Source: Candidatus Iainarchaeum sp. (lineage in GTDB: Archaea; B1Sed10-29; WALL01; JAGHAM01). Taken from it: a stretch of 64,000 bases of DNA. The DNA lies in NCBI GenBank assembly GCA_021161465.1, contig JAGHAM010000036.1, positions 13,512 to 77,511 of the forward strand, written 5' to 3'. Position 1 is the stretch's first letter; each line of letters opens with the position of its first letter. This document shows positions 62,602 through 64,000 of this stretch, in pieces. The notes under the pieces are model-generated. The model ran no database searches and was not told the DNA's origin. It was given only the letters and a program-made list of their open reading frames with translations. A program made the translations under genes and the position numbers.

Positions 62602-62911
62602 TAAACGTTTTCCCTTCCTTTAAGAGTTCCTTACCTTTTTTTGTTATACTGTAGTATCTCCTTATCCTCCCATTGACTTCTTTTTCTGATGAGGTTACAA
62701 AACCCCTGGTTTCTAGGGGGTATAACACCCTGTACGAGATTATCCTGCTTACCTTCAATCCAAACCGCTTGCTTAGCTCTTCTTGTATGGCATATGCATA
62801 CATTGGCTTCTCATTGAGCAGATACAGTATATGTATCCAAAGGCATTCAACACCCAGCTTTCTTTTCAGTCTGTCCAGCTCGGGTGAGCCAGTTGGAGAG
62901 AAGTCTACCAT
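62579..62911 (-). CDS. PadR-family transcriptional regulator
   Basis: KPMYAYAIQEELSKRFG...YPLETRGFV winged helix. Confidence 0.75.
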   Translation of the reverse strand: MVDFSPTGSPELDRLKRKLGVECLWIHILYLLNEKPMYAYAIQEELSKRFGLKVSRIISYRVLYPLETRGFVTSSEKEVNGRIRRYYSITKKGKELLKEGKTFIKRVASE

Positions 62912-62974
62912 GCTATATTTAACAACCGTTAAATATATAAAATTAGCGCGTGATAATTCATGTGGTGGTTGTAA

Positions 62975-64000
62975 ATGTCCAAAATTAGGGTAGCTATTTC
63001 AGGTATAGGCAACTGCGCCAGCTCTCTTATTCAGGGAAGGTATTACTACAAGGATGTTAGCTCAAATGACGAGCTGGTACCCGGTCTTATGCACAATGTC
63101 TTTGGCGGTTATAAGATAGATGATATAGAGTTCGTGGCTGCCTTCGATATTGATAAGAGAAAAGTTGGTAAGGACCTGAGTGAGGCGATTTTTGCTAAGC
63201 CAAACTGCACCAAAACAGTATACAAGGACATCCCGAAACAAAATGTTATCGTTAAGAAGGGCCCGGTCCTCGATGGGTTCCCTGACCATATGTTGGAATA
63301 CCCTGAGGACAAGAGGTTCATGACTGACGATACGCCACCAGTAGACGTTGTAAAAGAACTGAAAAAGTCAAAGGCGGATATGCTTGTTAACTACATGCCA
63401 GTTGGCAGCCAGAAGGCCACAGAGTTTTATGCTCAAGCTGCCCTTGATGCCGGTATTGCCTTCGTCAATTGTATGCCTGTGTTCATAGCATCTGACCCAG
63501 AGGGCAAATGGCCTAAGAAGTTCGAAGAGGCAGGCTTGCCTGTGGTTGGGGATGATATAAAATCCCAAATAGGGGCAACGATTGTTCATAGGGTGCTTAC
63601 AAAGTTGTTCAATGACAGAGGAGTCAAGTTGGATAAGACCTACCAGCTGAATGTTGGTGGGAACACAGACTTTATGAATCTTATAGAGCACTCCAGGGGA
63701 AAAACAAAGAAGATAAGCAAGACAGAGTCTGTCCAGTCGCAGTTGCCTGTGCCTATGGCGCCGGATACAATCCACATAGGACCATCTGATTACGTGCCTT
63801 GGCTTAAGGACAACAAGCTTTGTTTCCTCAGGATGGAGGGTAGAAAGTTTGGGGACATACCCGTTGAGCTGGAGCTAAGGCTTAGTGTTGAGGATTCGCC
63901 TAATAGTGCGGGGTGTGTTATAGACGCTATACGTGCCTGCAAAATAGCTCTCGATAGGAAAGTCAGTGGCCCACTGATATCTATGTCATCCTATATAATG
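62975..64000 (+). CDS. ino1: myo-inositol-1-phosphate synthase (Ino1 family), 3' end outside window
   Basis: MSKIRVAISGIGNCASSLIQGRYYY matches the bacterial/archaeal MIPS N-terminus. ORF is open to the window end. Missing from the ORF track. Confidence 0.8.
   Translation, partial: MSKIRVAISGIGNCASSLIQGRYYYKDVSSNDELVPGLMHNVFGGYKIDDIEFVAAFDIDKRKVGKDLSEAIFAKPNCTKTVYKDIPKQNVIVKKGPVLDGFPDHMLEYPEDKRFMTDDTPPVDVVKELKKSKADMLVNYMPVGSQKATEFYAQAALDAGIAFVNCMPVFIASDPEGKWPKKFEEAGLPVVGDDIKSQIGATIVHRVLTKLFNDRGVKLDKTYQLNVGGNTDFMNLIEHSRGKTKKISKTESVQSQLPVPMAPDTIHIGPSDYVPWLKDNKLCFLRMEGRKFGDIPVELELRLSVEDSPNSAGCVIDAIRACKIALDRKVSGPLISMSSYIM

Overview
The window reads as an archaeal chromosomal segment, with coding on both strands. 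The calls that place it in Archaea are PurP, Taw1, GGGP synthase, RadA, RPA, aEF-1beta, the class I CCA-adding enzyme, NAC-alpha, FttA/aCPSF1 and a split GMP synthase.

Two genes run off the window edges and are missing from the ORF track: a KH-KH-MBL-beta-CASP protein (aCPSF1/FttA) on the minus strand at 1..876, and a myo-inositol-1-phosphate synthase starting at 62975 and continuing past 64000.

The centre of the window (5.5-21 kb, all minus strand) is a large purine biosynthesis cluster: purH, two purP paralogs, guaA subunits A and B, purC, purQ, purL, a tandem-duplicated PurS, purM, purB, purE, thiC and purA, followed by rtcA.

Other housekeeping genes include proteasome beta, FKBP, serA plus a class V aminotransferase plus DUF1015, thyX, dCMP deaminase, a dUTPase/dCTP-deaminase-like gene, a tRNA CCA enzyme, Asn/Asp-tRNA synthetase, RibL, PIMT and RtcA/LigT.

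The regions that stand out are:
- (i) A gene-free segment of about 500 bp (51140-51638). It holds a roughly 300 nt element bounded by a 9 bp inverted repeat (GCGCUCCCG...CGGGAGCGC), with internal palindromes, an 11 bp-periodic GTGCAC repeat array and RNase P-like motifs. This is a strong candidate for a structured ncRNA.
- (ii) An unannotated 51-aa four-Cys Zn-ribbon gene directly upstream of aEF-1beta.
- (iii) A two-gene operon of secreted, extremely cysteine-rich proteins carrying disintegrin-like CGNG...GEECD motifs plus PKD and CARDB domains.
- (iv) A Rad50-like zinc-hook ABC ATPase without Mre11, divergently paired with a Mut7-C/PIN-like nuclease.
- (v) A cassette of PadR, CARDB surface protein, two FtsX permeases, an ABC ATPase, a radical-SAM/SPASM enzyme with an unusual Cys-containing N-terminal extension, and a second PadR. 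This is a candidate peptide-modification and export system.

No CRISPR arrays, rRNA genes, convincing tRNA genes or obvious mobile elements were seen.
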